Shown here in pieces: positions 1 through 11,098 of a DNA stretch of 20,000 bases; position 1 is the first letter of the stretch, and every line of letters begins with the position of its first letter. The stretch spans positions 48,064-68,063 of the forward strand of contig JASJQH010000005.1 in NCBI GenBank assembly GCA_040143965.1, read 5' to 3'. The notes below the pieces were generated by a model. The model had not been told where the DNA came from, searched no databases, and saw only the letters and a program-made list of their open reading frames with translations. The translations under genes were made by a program, and so were the position numbers. Source of the DNA: Basidiobolus ranarum (lineage: Eukaryota).

Positions 1-406
1 GTGCGTTATAATAATGCCAGAGATAGTCTGTGGTGACAGTAATTTAGATGTGGTAATCTCTTGGGTCCTTATTCAAGGAACTATAAGCATATTTGATCAA
101 ACTGTCTCAAAGAGTAAACTTATTTGGATAGCTGTCATCCACTGCAAGAAACTGGGGACTTTAGATGGACAAATACAAAACTAACAGAAAGTTTGTCAAA
201 TCACTAGAATTTAGCAGGTATTAGTATATCTATGTATTTTCGGAATTCTACTTTACGACAACTTCCTTTTTTAGTTCAGAATGTTATGGACAATGTTTGG
301 GTTATGTCGTCATGTCACTTCTTGATTAAGCATAAACACGAACATGAGCAATGATTGCATAGATTATGCAAAGATGGTCGAATTATACGAGAACAGGGAT
401 ATGTAC

Positions 407-670
407 TCTAACCCTTAAACCCTAACCATCGAACCCTAACTATGACTCAATGTTGATGCTGTTGTTGCTTGTTACCAACCAGTTTTCTCAGAGAATTTCA
501 TTAATTAAGACCACTGAGCACGTTTTGGGTTTGGTATAAATTGACTGATAAACGTAAGAGTGATCGAGACTGGAAATTAGAGTCAACAGCAATGCAAGTG
601 CGCCACTTGAATCTTTCTAAGAACTTAGTCTACACAAGTATCAGTTGATTGGTAGCACTTAGGGTTAGGG
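407..670. repeat. Degenerate interstitial telomere-like motifs (CCCTAA-type at 407-440, TTAGGGTTAGGG at 659-670)
   Basis: Seen directly: CTAACCCTTAAACCCTAACCATCGAACCCTAAC and, in the opposite orientation, TTAGGGTTAGGG. Confidence 0.55.
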
Positions 671-1953
671 TCATAGATATATATGCAATGATGGATTTAC
701 AGAATTCATCTGAATGAGGTCGGACTTAGGTAGCGAATGATCAATAAAATATTATGTAATAAGGATAGACAGCCGGTGATCTGATCGTACTTGATCCAAC
801 TAGCTGTCACCGTTATGACCCGATTGGTATAATAATAACATTTAGGGTATAATAATGATCAACATGGCCACATTCTAGATGAAGTTAAAGGAAGAACTAT
901 GATTGACATCACTGCGCTTGAAAGCATTGATGTTATTAAATGAGATTAGTGTGATTGAGTGGGAAAATTAGGAGTAGAAGCTATCAGTTGTGAGGTAGAT
1001 GGATTGAATCAAGTAGATGTAGTTGTATGTAGCCAAGCCCCAGTCAATATAAATATGGAATGGATAAAAGTTATGTTGCAAGTATGAAGAAGTGGGGTAA
1101 GTAGCAGCATCTCACAGGTACAGCAATTAAGTTAGAATTTAAGTTATTGCCAAGCCCTCAGAGGGATTTAGAGTGGGGAATGATAGTTCGGTCACAAACA
1201 GAAGAAATGAAATTAATTGATTAATAACAATCGAGTGTGATCTAGTATCAGGATTAAAGTATCTATATATTACGATATCGTGTATCAATAAAAGTAATTG
1301 AAGAAAAACCGGAATGCAGAAGAATTATGTTTTCTTATGGTTGACGGACGAGTAGGAATAAAGGGACATCGAGGCTTATAAACCCAGGTATCATCCCCAC
1401 TTCCCTATTGTTTGTTTCCAGTGGCTTTGTGAAATCAACTGCTACCCAGAATTTCCGTTCAATTCCGCATGCAGTATTGCGGGAGAGCATTCGTAGTCAT
1501 TAGGCATACCGCAATTTGTACTGATAGAAATGGACTCTGGCTAGCTATCTGGCCAAACGATACATGACTTGTCCGCGTGACGAGAGAGAAGGCGTGAAAT
1601 ATCAGAGTAGAGAGCAGCATAGTCTTCTGCTACAGATTAATTCAGTTGGCCTAATGACATCTAGAATAAGAAAGATTAATTAAGATAGAGGCTTACCAAA
1701 TTTGGTAGAGATGAAAATGCAAACACAAACGCTCTGGATTTCCATTTTTCGTAGCCCCATTTTTACACGATCGTTATGTTCATCTGATCCGCCCAATGGA
1801 ATCGCCCAATGGAATACGAATACATTCATGCGGTCACTAGTCAGAGTAAGACAGCGACTCAACCATGAGACTGCTATAAGTAGCAGCGATCTGTCTGTCT
1901 AACAAGCATTCTAGTCTTCGTATACAAACGATACCTTTGAAAATATCTTTACT

Positions 1954-2815
1954 ATGTTTCATACTAAAAACAACTCTACCCCAATCAACCGACAAGCTGC
2001 TGTAGAGGGATTAATAGGTAAAGCCTTGCCACGTTGCCTCTGTTTGTATTGTTAACACATCCTAATTATTTTGCTTTGTAGATGCTGCGTCTGTCATTAT
2101 GGACTCCATATGGCCTCAATTCAACCCACAACTGGATTTAGAGGTTCTCCCCCTTAAAGGTTTCATCAGAGAAACCATTCGTCGCTCCAAAAGTACTTTT
2201 TCTGTGCTCCAAGTTGCGCTGATTTATCTTGTTCGAATCAAAGGCCCTCTTGCCAAATATGTCAGCCCTAAAGCTACGCCTGACTTTACCAAATGTAGCC
2301 GTAGGATGTTTATTGCTTCGTTGATTCTTGCGTCAAAGTTCCTTCAGGATAAAAATTACATGAATCGTGCATGGGCCAAGATAATGGGAGTCAAAGTTAC
2401 CGAAATCAATCATATCGAACAGATCTTTTTACAATTGATTGACTATCAGCTTTTCGTACCTGTCTCGACGTTCACTCAGTGGTCTACATTATTACTGAGC
2501 TTTGCTAGCAAGCCTCGTAATTCGAATCCTCTATCAACCATCTCCTATTCAAACATCCTACAGCAAGAGTCATCCCACAAGGCCACTCACCATATAACTC
2601 GTTCAAACAGATACTGCCCATACCCATCACCATCAAATACTCCCAATCCCAATACTCAACGTCGTTTCTCAGTGGATGAAATCTGCACTCCCCAGGAATC
2701 GCCCATCACCTCAACTCACTCACCCTCAATTGTTGGTAACAAATCAATCAGCCAGTTATCTATTGCTTATATTGTGAATCCAACTGAAGAAACCTCAATC
2801 AATACCATATTCTAA
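1954..2815 (+). CDS. Pho85-type cyclin (Pcl5/Clg1-like, cyclin N-terminal box), 2 exons, ~265 aa
   Basis: Exons 1954-2017 and 2082-2815. Intron 2018-2081 (GTAAAG...CTAAT...TAG, 64 nt) joins MFHTK...VEGLI to DAASVIMDSIW in frame. Cyclin box: FIRETIRRSKSTFSVLQVALIYL...CSRRMFIASLILASKFLQDKNYMNRAWAKI...EINHIEQIFLQLIDYQL. The tail is S/T/P-rich (PEST-like). Confidence 0.9.
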
Positions 2816-3491
2816 GCACTACCTCAATCCAAACCATGTTCACATATATTGTTCATCATCATAGAAGCATGTAAAAACCATTCAAAATTGTATATAAATG
2901 TATAGTTATTTCTTCATCCAGATGTGACAATGGCTGTGTTGCGTTATCAAGTGATGATTGCGGTCTTTCTACGGTGTGACGCAGAGCGAAGCGAAACTTT
3001 AGTATTACCGCCAGTTAAGCCTTGGTTACTATATTCGATGTCAAGGTTTTTGGTTCGTGATCGTAGTAATAAGTATACGTATAATTTGTATAACCTGAGA
3101 TTGTAGCAATCAATAAGTATAGCTTGATATTGTATGTGAACCAGACCCAAACCATTATTACCAAAAATATTGGTACTAAACACTCTATTGGTACTAAAAT
3201 ACTCATATGCCTAACACTCAATGATCATGAGGTTCGACAATCTACATTTCTGGCTTTATTTACTAAGCTATTTCAGAAGATGTTACTGCTGATTTCACGC
3301 CAAGTACCAACCTCATATCCTTACTCTCACATTCCTAATGCAAGAAAACAATTATAACCAATAATTCGTAAATTCGTAATAATCTCCAGTATATTACGAG
3401 ACAGCATTTCAGGGGTAATCTAGAATTGAAATCAAATCTTGATAGTGTATTAATTGACTTGCTGACAAAATATTCTGGTTTTACACGAATA

Positions 3492-5243
3492 ATGGGTAAA
3501 CTCAGTAGTTTGGTAACGGTACTCGCAGTAGCAGCATTTCTACTTTACATCGGTAATGCTGTGACCCAAGTGTTCTATCTATTTAATCCTACATTCCAAA
3601 TCCCTTATTTCTCCACTCCAATCGTAGCTGAGAACTATCATAAACAATACTGGCCCGTGGATAAAACTTTTGATGTGTCAGTATATACTTCAACCAAACC
3701 AAAATTCACTGCTTTTAAAAGCGTGAAACCTATATGGACACTTCATGGCTTGAGTTATGAAGATTCCGAACGAGTTACTGAAATCGAAGTGAAATTACCT
3801 AGATCAACTCAAAATAATGGAACTCTTTACGGACACATTTTCGTATACGATTCCAATGCCTCACCAGATGACACTGCACCCAACTTCGATTCTTTACGCT
3901 TATCACAGACTGTCTCGTTGACGAAATATTCTCCAAAACTATTAAACGATACTAGAAATTTATTGTCAGGGACTCAGGAAGCGAACCCTGTTTCAGAGAC
4001 CACAGAAGGTCCCATCATAACGCACTGGAAGCCTTCTTTATTTGTAGAGCTAGTAATTGATCGCACAGAATATCCTTTTAACCATATTCCTGCGGATATA
4101 CACCAGCATATGCTGTTCATACAAACCAAAGAATACCCTTATCTTCCTATCCTTTCCGTTAACGAATTTGGCCACCGTAGAGAACAGTTATTACCTGTTG
4201 AAGCTAAAGAGCAAGGAGTGCTTCGTATGCCATTAAAACTTCACTTTAAAAGAGTTAACTTGGGAATGTTCCGTTTACATCGTATGCTTGGAAACACTCT
4301 TGATTTATTGTCATCTCCTCAAGCACAAATCCAAATTTCCGATAAAGAGGTTGATAATCTTCGTCAGATGTTCTTTGAAGTGAATCCAACACTTTTAGCG
4401 GTGACTCTATTGGCTTCCATGCTACATCTTCTATTTGATTTTTTGGCTTTCAAATCAGATATATCTCATTGGCGCTCTAAACAAACAATGGAGGGAGTTT
4501 CGCGTAGTTCTATAGCTATGAGTGCAATCACTCAAATCATGATTGTATTTTATCTGTGGGATAAGAAGAAAGATACCAGTATTTTGATATTAGGTGGAGC
4601 TGTGGTGTCTACCTTGGGTATGTATCATAGTTTACTTTGCTTTTGAAGGCATCTAATTTAACCATTTGTTTGTTTAGTTGAATTATGGAAAGTTGTCAAG
4701 GTCTACAAGCTCAATTTCTCTTGGAAGGGAATTCGATCTGAAAAAGGGAAGATTCTCACGAAAGATGAGGAAATCAGCAGGGATATTGATAAGACGGTTA
4801 TCTACTATATCACCATCTTATGCATACCCATTTCCATTAGCTATGCTGGATATTCACTTGTATTCTGGGAACACAAGAGCTTCTATTCATGGTCTTTGGA
4901 TGCCTTAATGGCTGCTGTCTACTTGTTGGGCTTGTAAGTTGACGTATTATACAATGTGTAGTATCGATGCGGTAGTAACATTTTCTCTAGCATCAACATG
5001 ACTCCACAGATCTTCTTGAATTACCGTCTGAAATCCGTAGAGGCACTTCCGATTAATGCATTCTTATTCAAGGCAATCAACACCTTCGTAGATGACTTGT
5101 TTGCCCTAGTTATCCCTATGCCTACCTTAACTCGCTTGAGTGCGTTTAGAGATGACCTGGTATTCTTCGTATTAATGTATCAATGGTGGATTTATCCCAA
5201 GCGTAAGATCTCCGACGAAGAGGAAAAGAAAAAAGTCGAATAG
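3492..5243 (+). CDS. CLPTM1 (cleft lip and palate transmembrane protein 1) family membrane protein, 3 exons, ~544 aa
   Basis: Exons 3492-4617, 4678-4933 and 4991-5243. Introns 4618-4677 (GTATGT..TAG) and 4934-4990 (GTAAGT..TAG) give one continuous frame. Family motifs: QNNGTLYGHIF, LLAVTLLASMLHLLFDFLAFKSDISHW, VELWKV, FINMTPQIFLNYRLKSV, FKAINTFVDDLFALVIPMPTLTRLSAFRDDLVFFVLMYQWWIY. Confidence 0.93.
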
Positions 5244-5357
5244 CTTGAGAAATTGGATTTAATTGTAGTCGGGGAAGTAATTGAAAGTATTCTAGTCATG
5301 AAGTGTTTGCTCAATAAATCTATACATATTTTCACTCATAAAGCCAGATGCGACCAT

Positions 5358-6437
5358 TTATCTAAGCTTGGGATATATTCGTTGATACGTTTGGGGAAGT
5401 GAACCTAACGGAAAGGAAGTAGAGTGCATCCAATCGTAGCATTCTTTGCTAAGCCCAACTTCATCAATCAATCCTATTAAAAACTCATTCGGCTCTGGGA
5501 TATTTGCCAGCATAATTTGTATTGAATCGTCATTCCAAGGGCCAATCTTTCTATGCATTAATATTCTAAATGCCAATCTCGTGGGCTCAGTCAAGGCGCG
5601 CTCTGGCCACTGTTGGTGGATCAAGTTCAGCATAGTTGATATTCCACCGTTCGTACCGTAATGAACCAGTAGATTTTGTATGGCTGCATCGCTCAGCGTT
5701 CTACACAGTCCTCGTTCCTGCAAGAAGTATAGCTTATCGGTCACTCTACGGGTAGGGTCCCCATCAGGATTGATTTTCAATAAATAAGTTAGAATGTCTT
5801 GATCAGCTTCTTGAACGTATACATTGTGCAGTAGCATAGATAAACCGATCTTTGTTGGTGGAAACAACAGAGTCAGCAAGTAGTAACCAACATACATACT
5901 GGTCGCTGTTTCATCGCGAGAGGTATCTTGATAGTAGAGCTTCAAACTGTGGATTGTAGGTAATATACCATAATTGGTCACCAGATCCTTGACTCGACTG
6001 GCTCCTTCAAATTGACACGAGATCAACTGACTGAACTCCTGACCATAAATGCAATCAGAATGAAAGCGATTTGGAGGAAAACGCTTCAGTCCATCCTCCA
6101 GTATACCCCCAATATCGCTCGCCAAAATAGAGCTTGGAAGCTCTGGAAGCTTGGTAAGAAGAAGGACTATCTCGTGAACGTACACTTGAAAGAACCAAAC
6201 ATCAGGAATGATGCCACGTTCTAATAAACCATGATAAATATTTAAGGTCAAGGTCTGAGGATAGCGATATGCTACCTTCCATAAGCCTTCCTTTCCTGCC
6301 AAATTGTAAAAGGCGCCAACAATTACGCTGGGACTGGTTCCTAGTTTCATAAATCGTTTGTTTACACATGTATACAGTGGCGGGTATTCTAAGTATTCGA
6401 AAATGTGTATCAATATATCGTCTGGTAAACAATCCAT
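5358..6437 (-). CDS. F-box-like protein, single exon, 359 aa
   Basis: Uninterrupted 359-codon ORF with ATG at 6437. The N-terminal LPDDILIHIFEYL...VNKRF matches the F-box consensus. I did not recognise the rest of the protein. Confidence 0.72.
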   Translation of the reverse strand: MDCLPDDILIHIFEYLEYPPLYTCVNKRFMKLGTSPSVIVGAFYNLAGKEGLWKVAYRYPQTLTLNIYHGLLERGIIPDVWFFQVYVHEIVLLLTKLPELPSSILASDIGGILEDGLKRFPPNRFHSDCIYGQEFSQLISCQFEGASRVKDLVTNYGILPTIHSLKLYYQDTSRDETATSMYVGYYLLTLLFPPTKIGLSMLLHNVYVQEADQDILTYLLKINPDGDPTRRVTDKLYFLQERGLCRTLSDAAIQNLLVHYGTNGGISTMLNLIHQQWPERALTEPTRLAFRILMHRKIGPWNDDSIQIMLANIPEPNEFLIGLIDEVGLSKECYDWMHSTSFPLGSLPQTYQRIYPKLR

Positions 6438-7189
6438 CGTTCAAGTGCAGTTGGGTGTAATTAAGAATGAGCTCTAGTTAATTAGAAAAGAGACAATGCT
6501 TTGAGGTGCAACCATTGATTCTTATAAATGTGATTCAACGATCGAGTCCAATATCCATGCAATCAATTCAACCCCATTTCTAGAGCATCCGACTCTCTTT
6601 AAGCCAAGAATGCCAGTACACTCCAGAACGGTATGCATCGAGGCAGGGCACTTATTTAATACACCAATGTACAGATCCTTGGTTGAAGAAACACCACCTC
6701 CATCGCTCAAGTCTACCCCACTAATACATTGTCAGTGGTTTAGGGCTTTAGAGGATCGGTAAGATGATGATGCAGGAATCGCCAATAATCAGCCCATTGA
6801 AGACGTATATGGAGATATGTAAACGTACTAATCAACCATGCAGAAGATGAAAGCAGCTAAGGAGGCCACTAGATATGAACAAGTCACACAAGAATAACCA
6901 GTTAATTTTACTCAAACAAGGAGATTAAAGACAGAAGCGGAAGGTGATGGCGATGGCGTAATACTCGAGGGATTATCTAATTCTTACTTTTCATCTATGG
7001 GAACTAATGGCTCAAGGATCTACTTTTGCTACAACATGAATATCCAGCAAACAGAGATCTACCGCTTTGTATGAATTCTGGCGAATTGGTAACCCTTATC
7101 ATCTCCTCAAATCCCCTCTCAATTGCAGTTCGATTGTGGACGTCACTGTCCTTAATGTGCAAATATATCACAAGTACATATACCCCACT

Positions 7190-7277
7190 CTAACCCTCAT
7201 GATTAATCCAGGATTCAACTGTAGTTACCCTAACCCTCATGATTAATCCAGGATTCGACTGTAATTACCCTAACCCT
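7190..7277. repeat. 40-bp tandem repeat, 2 copies plus a partial third, with CTAACCCT at each unit start
   Basis: TAACCCT recurs at 7191, 7231 and 7271. Unit: TAACCCTCATGATTAATCCAGGATTC(A/G)ACTGTA(G/A)TTACCC. The two full copies differ at 2 positions. Confidence 0.95.
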
Positions 7278-7421
7278 ACACTGTAATTAGTGTAGTAGTG
7301 ATCCATCCATCCATTTACAAGCATTCAGGCATAAATACTAGTTTATGCCCTGATTCCTAACTTTACCCAAATAAATACCGATAAAAAAAATCGTACTATA
7401 TGAGAAAATTCATTAGATACG

Positions 7422-7442
7422 TCAAAAATCAATGATTTTTGA
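7422..7442. promoter_or_regulatory. Perfect inverted repeat TCAAAAATCA-A-TGATTTTTGA, ~115 bp upstream of the GlnRS ATG
   Basis: 10-bp arms with a 1-nt spacer, seen directly. A regulatory role is inferred from position only. Confidence 0.45.
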
Positions 7443-7556
7443 AATCTAAAAAAAAAAATCCACCCAAGGAAATACGGAGAAGTGATATATCTAAAGAAAA
7501 CATAGGTTTTACACAGTTGCTAGCGCCTAGAGTTACTGTTCTCAACCCAAATTAAA

Positions 7557-10045
7557 ATGGAAGGAATGATAGATTTATTCCAAAAAATCGGTTTAACCGA
7601 ACAAAGGGCTAAAGATACCGCTAAAAACAAGAAGTTGGCTCCTACATTGGAAAGAACTATCACCGAAGCTGGTGTTCAAGATGGGTGTGATAAGAATATT
7701 GGTGCTTTGCTCTACACTCTGGCTTCCACTTTAAACAAAGAAGCTACACCACATCTTCCTTACCTAGCTCAAGCTGTTATTTCCGGAAAACTTGCTTCAA
7801 CTGAACAAATTGCTGCTGCTATTGAGTATGTTAGTAACCTCAGAGATTCTCAGATTAACGAGCAGGAGTTCAATCAACATTGTGGTGTTGGTGTAGTAAT
7901 CACTCCCGAACAAGTTCAGCACGAAGTTTCTCAACAAATTGAGCAAAATAAGGAGAAGATTCTTAGTGATAGATACCGTTGCCTTGGTATCACTTTGAGC
8001 ACCATCAAGCAGAATCCTGAACTCAAGTGGGCTAATGGAGCTGTTGTCAAGGATGAAGTTGAGAAACAATTTCTCGCCCTTCTTGGTCCTAAGGACGAGC
8101 GTGACCAAGTTGTAAAAGGGAAGAAGAAGGAAAAGAAAGAGAAACCTAGTGCTGGTAAGATGATACAAATAACCTGTCTGCCCATTTAATCACAGAATAT
8201 TAACCAAATTGCTCAACAGATAAAAAGGCATCTTCTGCACCTGTCAAGAAAGACCCCAACAGTATTTTCTTTGAGGGTGAACTTTCTAGACTTCACAAAC
8301 CAGGAGGCAACAAACAAATCAAAGATGAATTAATGATCGAGCATTTGAAAGCCACCGGTGGTAAGGTTGTCACCCGTTTCCCACCTGAGCCTAATGGTTT
8401 CCTTCATATCGGTCACGCAAAGGCTATCAACATCAATTTTGGTTATGCTGAGGCCCATAACGGTATTTGTTACCTTCGTTACGATGACACAAATCCTGAG
8501 GCTGAGGAGGAACAATATTTCATTTCCATCCTTGAAACTGTCAAATGGCTTGGCTTCACTCCATACAAAATCACCTATTCTTCAGACTATTTCCAAAGAC
8601 TTTATGAACTCGCCGTATTCATGATCCAGAAGGATTTGGCTTACGTTTGTTATTGTACTGGTGAAGAGATCTATGCTCAACGTGGTGGGGCCGAAAAGGG
8701 ACCTCGTTATGAATGTAGTCATCGTAATCGTCCTATTGAGGAGTCTTTGGCTGAGTTTGAAAAGATGAAGCAGGGTCAATATAAAGAAGGGGAAGCTATC
8801 TTACGTATGAAAATGAACATGCAAGATGGTAACCCACAATTCTGGGATCTTGTCGCATACCGTATCTTGTATACTCCTCATCATCGTACCGGATCTGAAT
8901 GGTGCATCTATCCTACATACGATTTCACCCATTGCCTGGTCGACTCCTTCGAGAACATTACCCACTCTCTTTGCACAACTGAGTTCACTCAATCTAGACC
9001 TTCCTATTTCTGGTTATGTGATGCTGTTGAAGTCTATAAGCCAGTACAGTGGGAATATGGACGTCTTAACGTTACCAATACAGTGTTATCCAAGCGTAAG
9101 GTTTTAGAGTTGGTTGAGTTAGGCCATGTTCACGACTGGGATGACCCTAGACTGTTCACCCTTGCTGCCATTCGTCGTCGTGGTGTTCCCCCAGAGGCCA
9201 TCAACATCTTTGTCCGTGAATTAGGAGTAACCACCTCTAAATCCACTATCGATGTAGCTCGTTTGGACAACCATATTCGTGATCATCTTAACGAAACTGT
9301 CCCTCGTGTTATGGCCCTCCTTGAGCCCCTCAAGGTCACTCTTACCAATCTTCCTGGCGACTACTTGGAGGAAATCACTGTCCCCAACAAGCCTAGAGAT
9401 CCTAAATTGGGTGAACACATTGTTCCATTCACCAAGACTGTATACATTGATCGTAGTGATTTCAGAGAACAAGACTCTTCTGATTACTTCCGCCTTGCTC
9501 CAGGAAAATCTGTCGGTTTGTTACACGTCAAATTCCCTATTACCTGCCAAGACGTTGTTAAAGATGCTGCTGGCAACATTGTCGAGCTCATCTGTCATTA
9601 CGATAACGAAGGAGAATTCAAAAAGCCAAAAACCTATATCCAATGGGTTGCTGACTCTCCAGCCCACAATTCACCTGTTAAAATTGATGAGATTAGACTT
9701 TATGAGAAATTGTTCTTCCACGCTAATCCTCAAGATAAGACAGCTGTTCCCGGCGGTTGGTTGAGTGACATCAACCCTGACTCGATCCAAATTCATCGCG
9801 GAGCTATCTTGGAAGTCGGTATCTGGGATGTTATCAAGCGGTGGTATGAGCAAGCTGTTGCTAAGCAGCATGTTGATCGTATTGAAGATATTCGTTTCCA
9901 GTTGATTCGTATCGGTTACTTCTGTTTTGACAAGGATAGCCAGTTCAATGAGGAAGAATTCAAGAAGGACCCCTCCAAGGCATTCAAATCACTTATCCTC
10001 AACCGTACCGTCACCTTGAAGGAAGATTCAAAGAAAGAAAATTAA
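7557..10045 (+). CDS. GLN4: Glutaminyl-tRNA synthetase (eukaryotic cytosolic type), 2 exons, ~807 aa
   Basis: Exons 7557-8154 and 8220-10045. Intron 8155-8219 (GTAAGA...CAG, 65 nt) keeps the frame. Eukaryotic N-terminal appended domain (...LLGPKDERD). Class I motifs TRFPPEPNGFLHIGHAK, LRYDDTNP, YPTYDFTHCLVDS, VLSKRK and WDDPRLFT. C-terminal FQLIRIGYF and NRTVTLKED. Confidence 0.97.
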
Positions 10046-11098
10046 TAATTATTTGATTCCTCTTTACACAATCTTTACTCGTATTTATCACAGTTGTTAC
10101 TTTACAATCAATTAAAGTTCTAATCAAACTTGTGTTCAACATGAAAGCCAATGAAATCCATTTGAAGATGAGATGAACATATGCAGAAATTAACATTATC
10201 ACTGCTGACTCTGCTACAGAAATAAACCTGCAAATACTGTAAGAGTGCTGAAGATCACTACAGCCACAATGGTTGTACAGAATAAACAACATGTTATACA
10301 TCGTGATCTAAGATAAACCCAAAGTCTGGCTTAAAACATGAAGCTATTTAGTGCAAGTACTATATATAGATTAACCAATATGACTTTAATATATTTATAT
10401 ACATATATATAAACAGATACTGCTTGAAACCATGATGGACGATAATGCTTCATTTGTCAGGTAGCGATCGATATCAGATCTTCGAATCTTCCAAATGAAG
10501 CTATCGAACTAAAAGCGAAAGCCACCAGAAGGAGAATGTTCAACCCAACTTAAAAAAGGGAAATCTTCAAATGGATATGTCAATGGTTCCTCGGAGTTCG
10601 AGGTCTAGATGTTACATTCTTTTACTTTCGGAAGCATAGACTTCATTATCAACTCTAAAATGTGATGCTATACCATTTGAAGTCAACGTTGGTATTGGTG
10701 TTTGTATTTATATACTATACATCATTCATCATCTCTTCTGTTATTGCTTTGCTTTTCTTTTTAATTGGCCAATTTGCTTCAGTGTCTCGTTTCCGACATA
10801 GAGACAATTATCAGTATTTGAGTTCTTTTCCACTGCTCGTTCTATCATTAGGAATATATCGTTTGTACTTATTCTTACAATATACACAAACCTAGACCTT
10901 TACCCTTTTTGCATGGACTTTTAGTAGCTCCGACAGAAGGCAGTGTCTGTCATTCTGTTTCTAACCTAGTATATTGCAACACTATATCCTTTTTTCAACA
11001 ACTTGATACTTCTTTTTCCCTTTTTTCCCTTTTTTTACTATTCTCGATAACTGATCTCTCTTAGGACCTTTCTTTCTCCCTCACAATACCGAACGGTC

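Noticed and set aside
1702-1902. 66-aa ORF upstream of the cyclin as a regulatory uORF (yeast PCL5 has uORFs)
   Set aside because: A TATA-like CTATAAG near 1874 suggests transcription starts downstream of this ORF's start. No coding features and no TSS data.
3168-3198. Short direct repeats (TATTGGTACTAAA x2; also GGTATAATAAT x2 at 826-856 and TTATAGTGATAT x2 at 18863-18892)
   Set aside because: Two-copy 11-13 bp slippage-type duplications in AT-rich DNA. Not an array, not CRISPR-like.
3426-3491. TTG-initiated N-terminal extension of CLPTM1 (and the similar extension of the MFS ORF, 17356-17427)
   Set aside because: Artefact of alternative-start ORF calling. The first in-frame ATGs are 3492 and 17355.
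7797-9871. Several antisense and alternate-frame ORFs inside GLN4
   Set aside because: Shadow ORFs produced by the codon bias of a conserved gene.
10662-10895. 77-aa hydrophobic ORF
   Set aside because: T-rich intergenic or leader sequence gives hydrophobic translations by chance. No recognisable motif.
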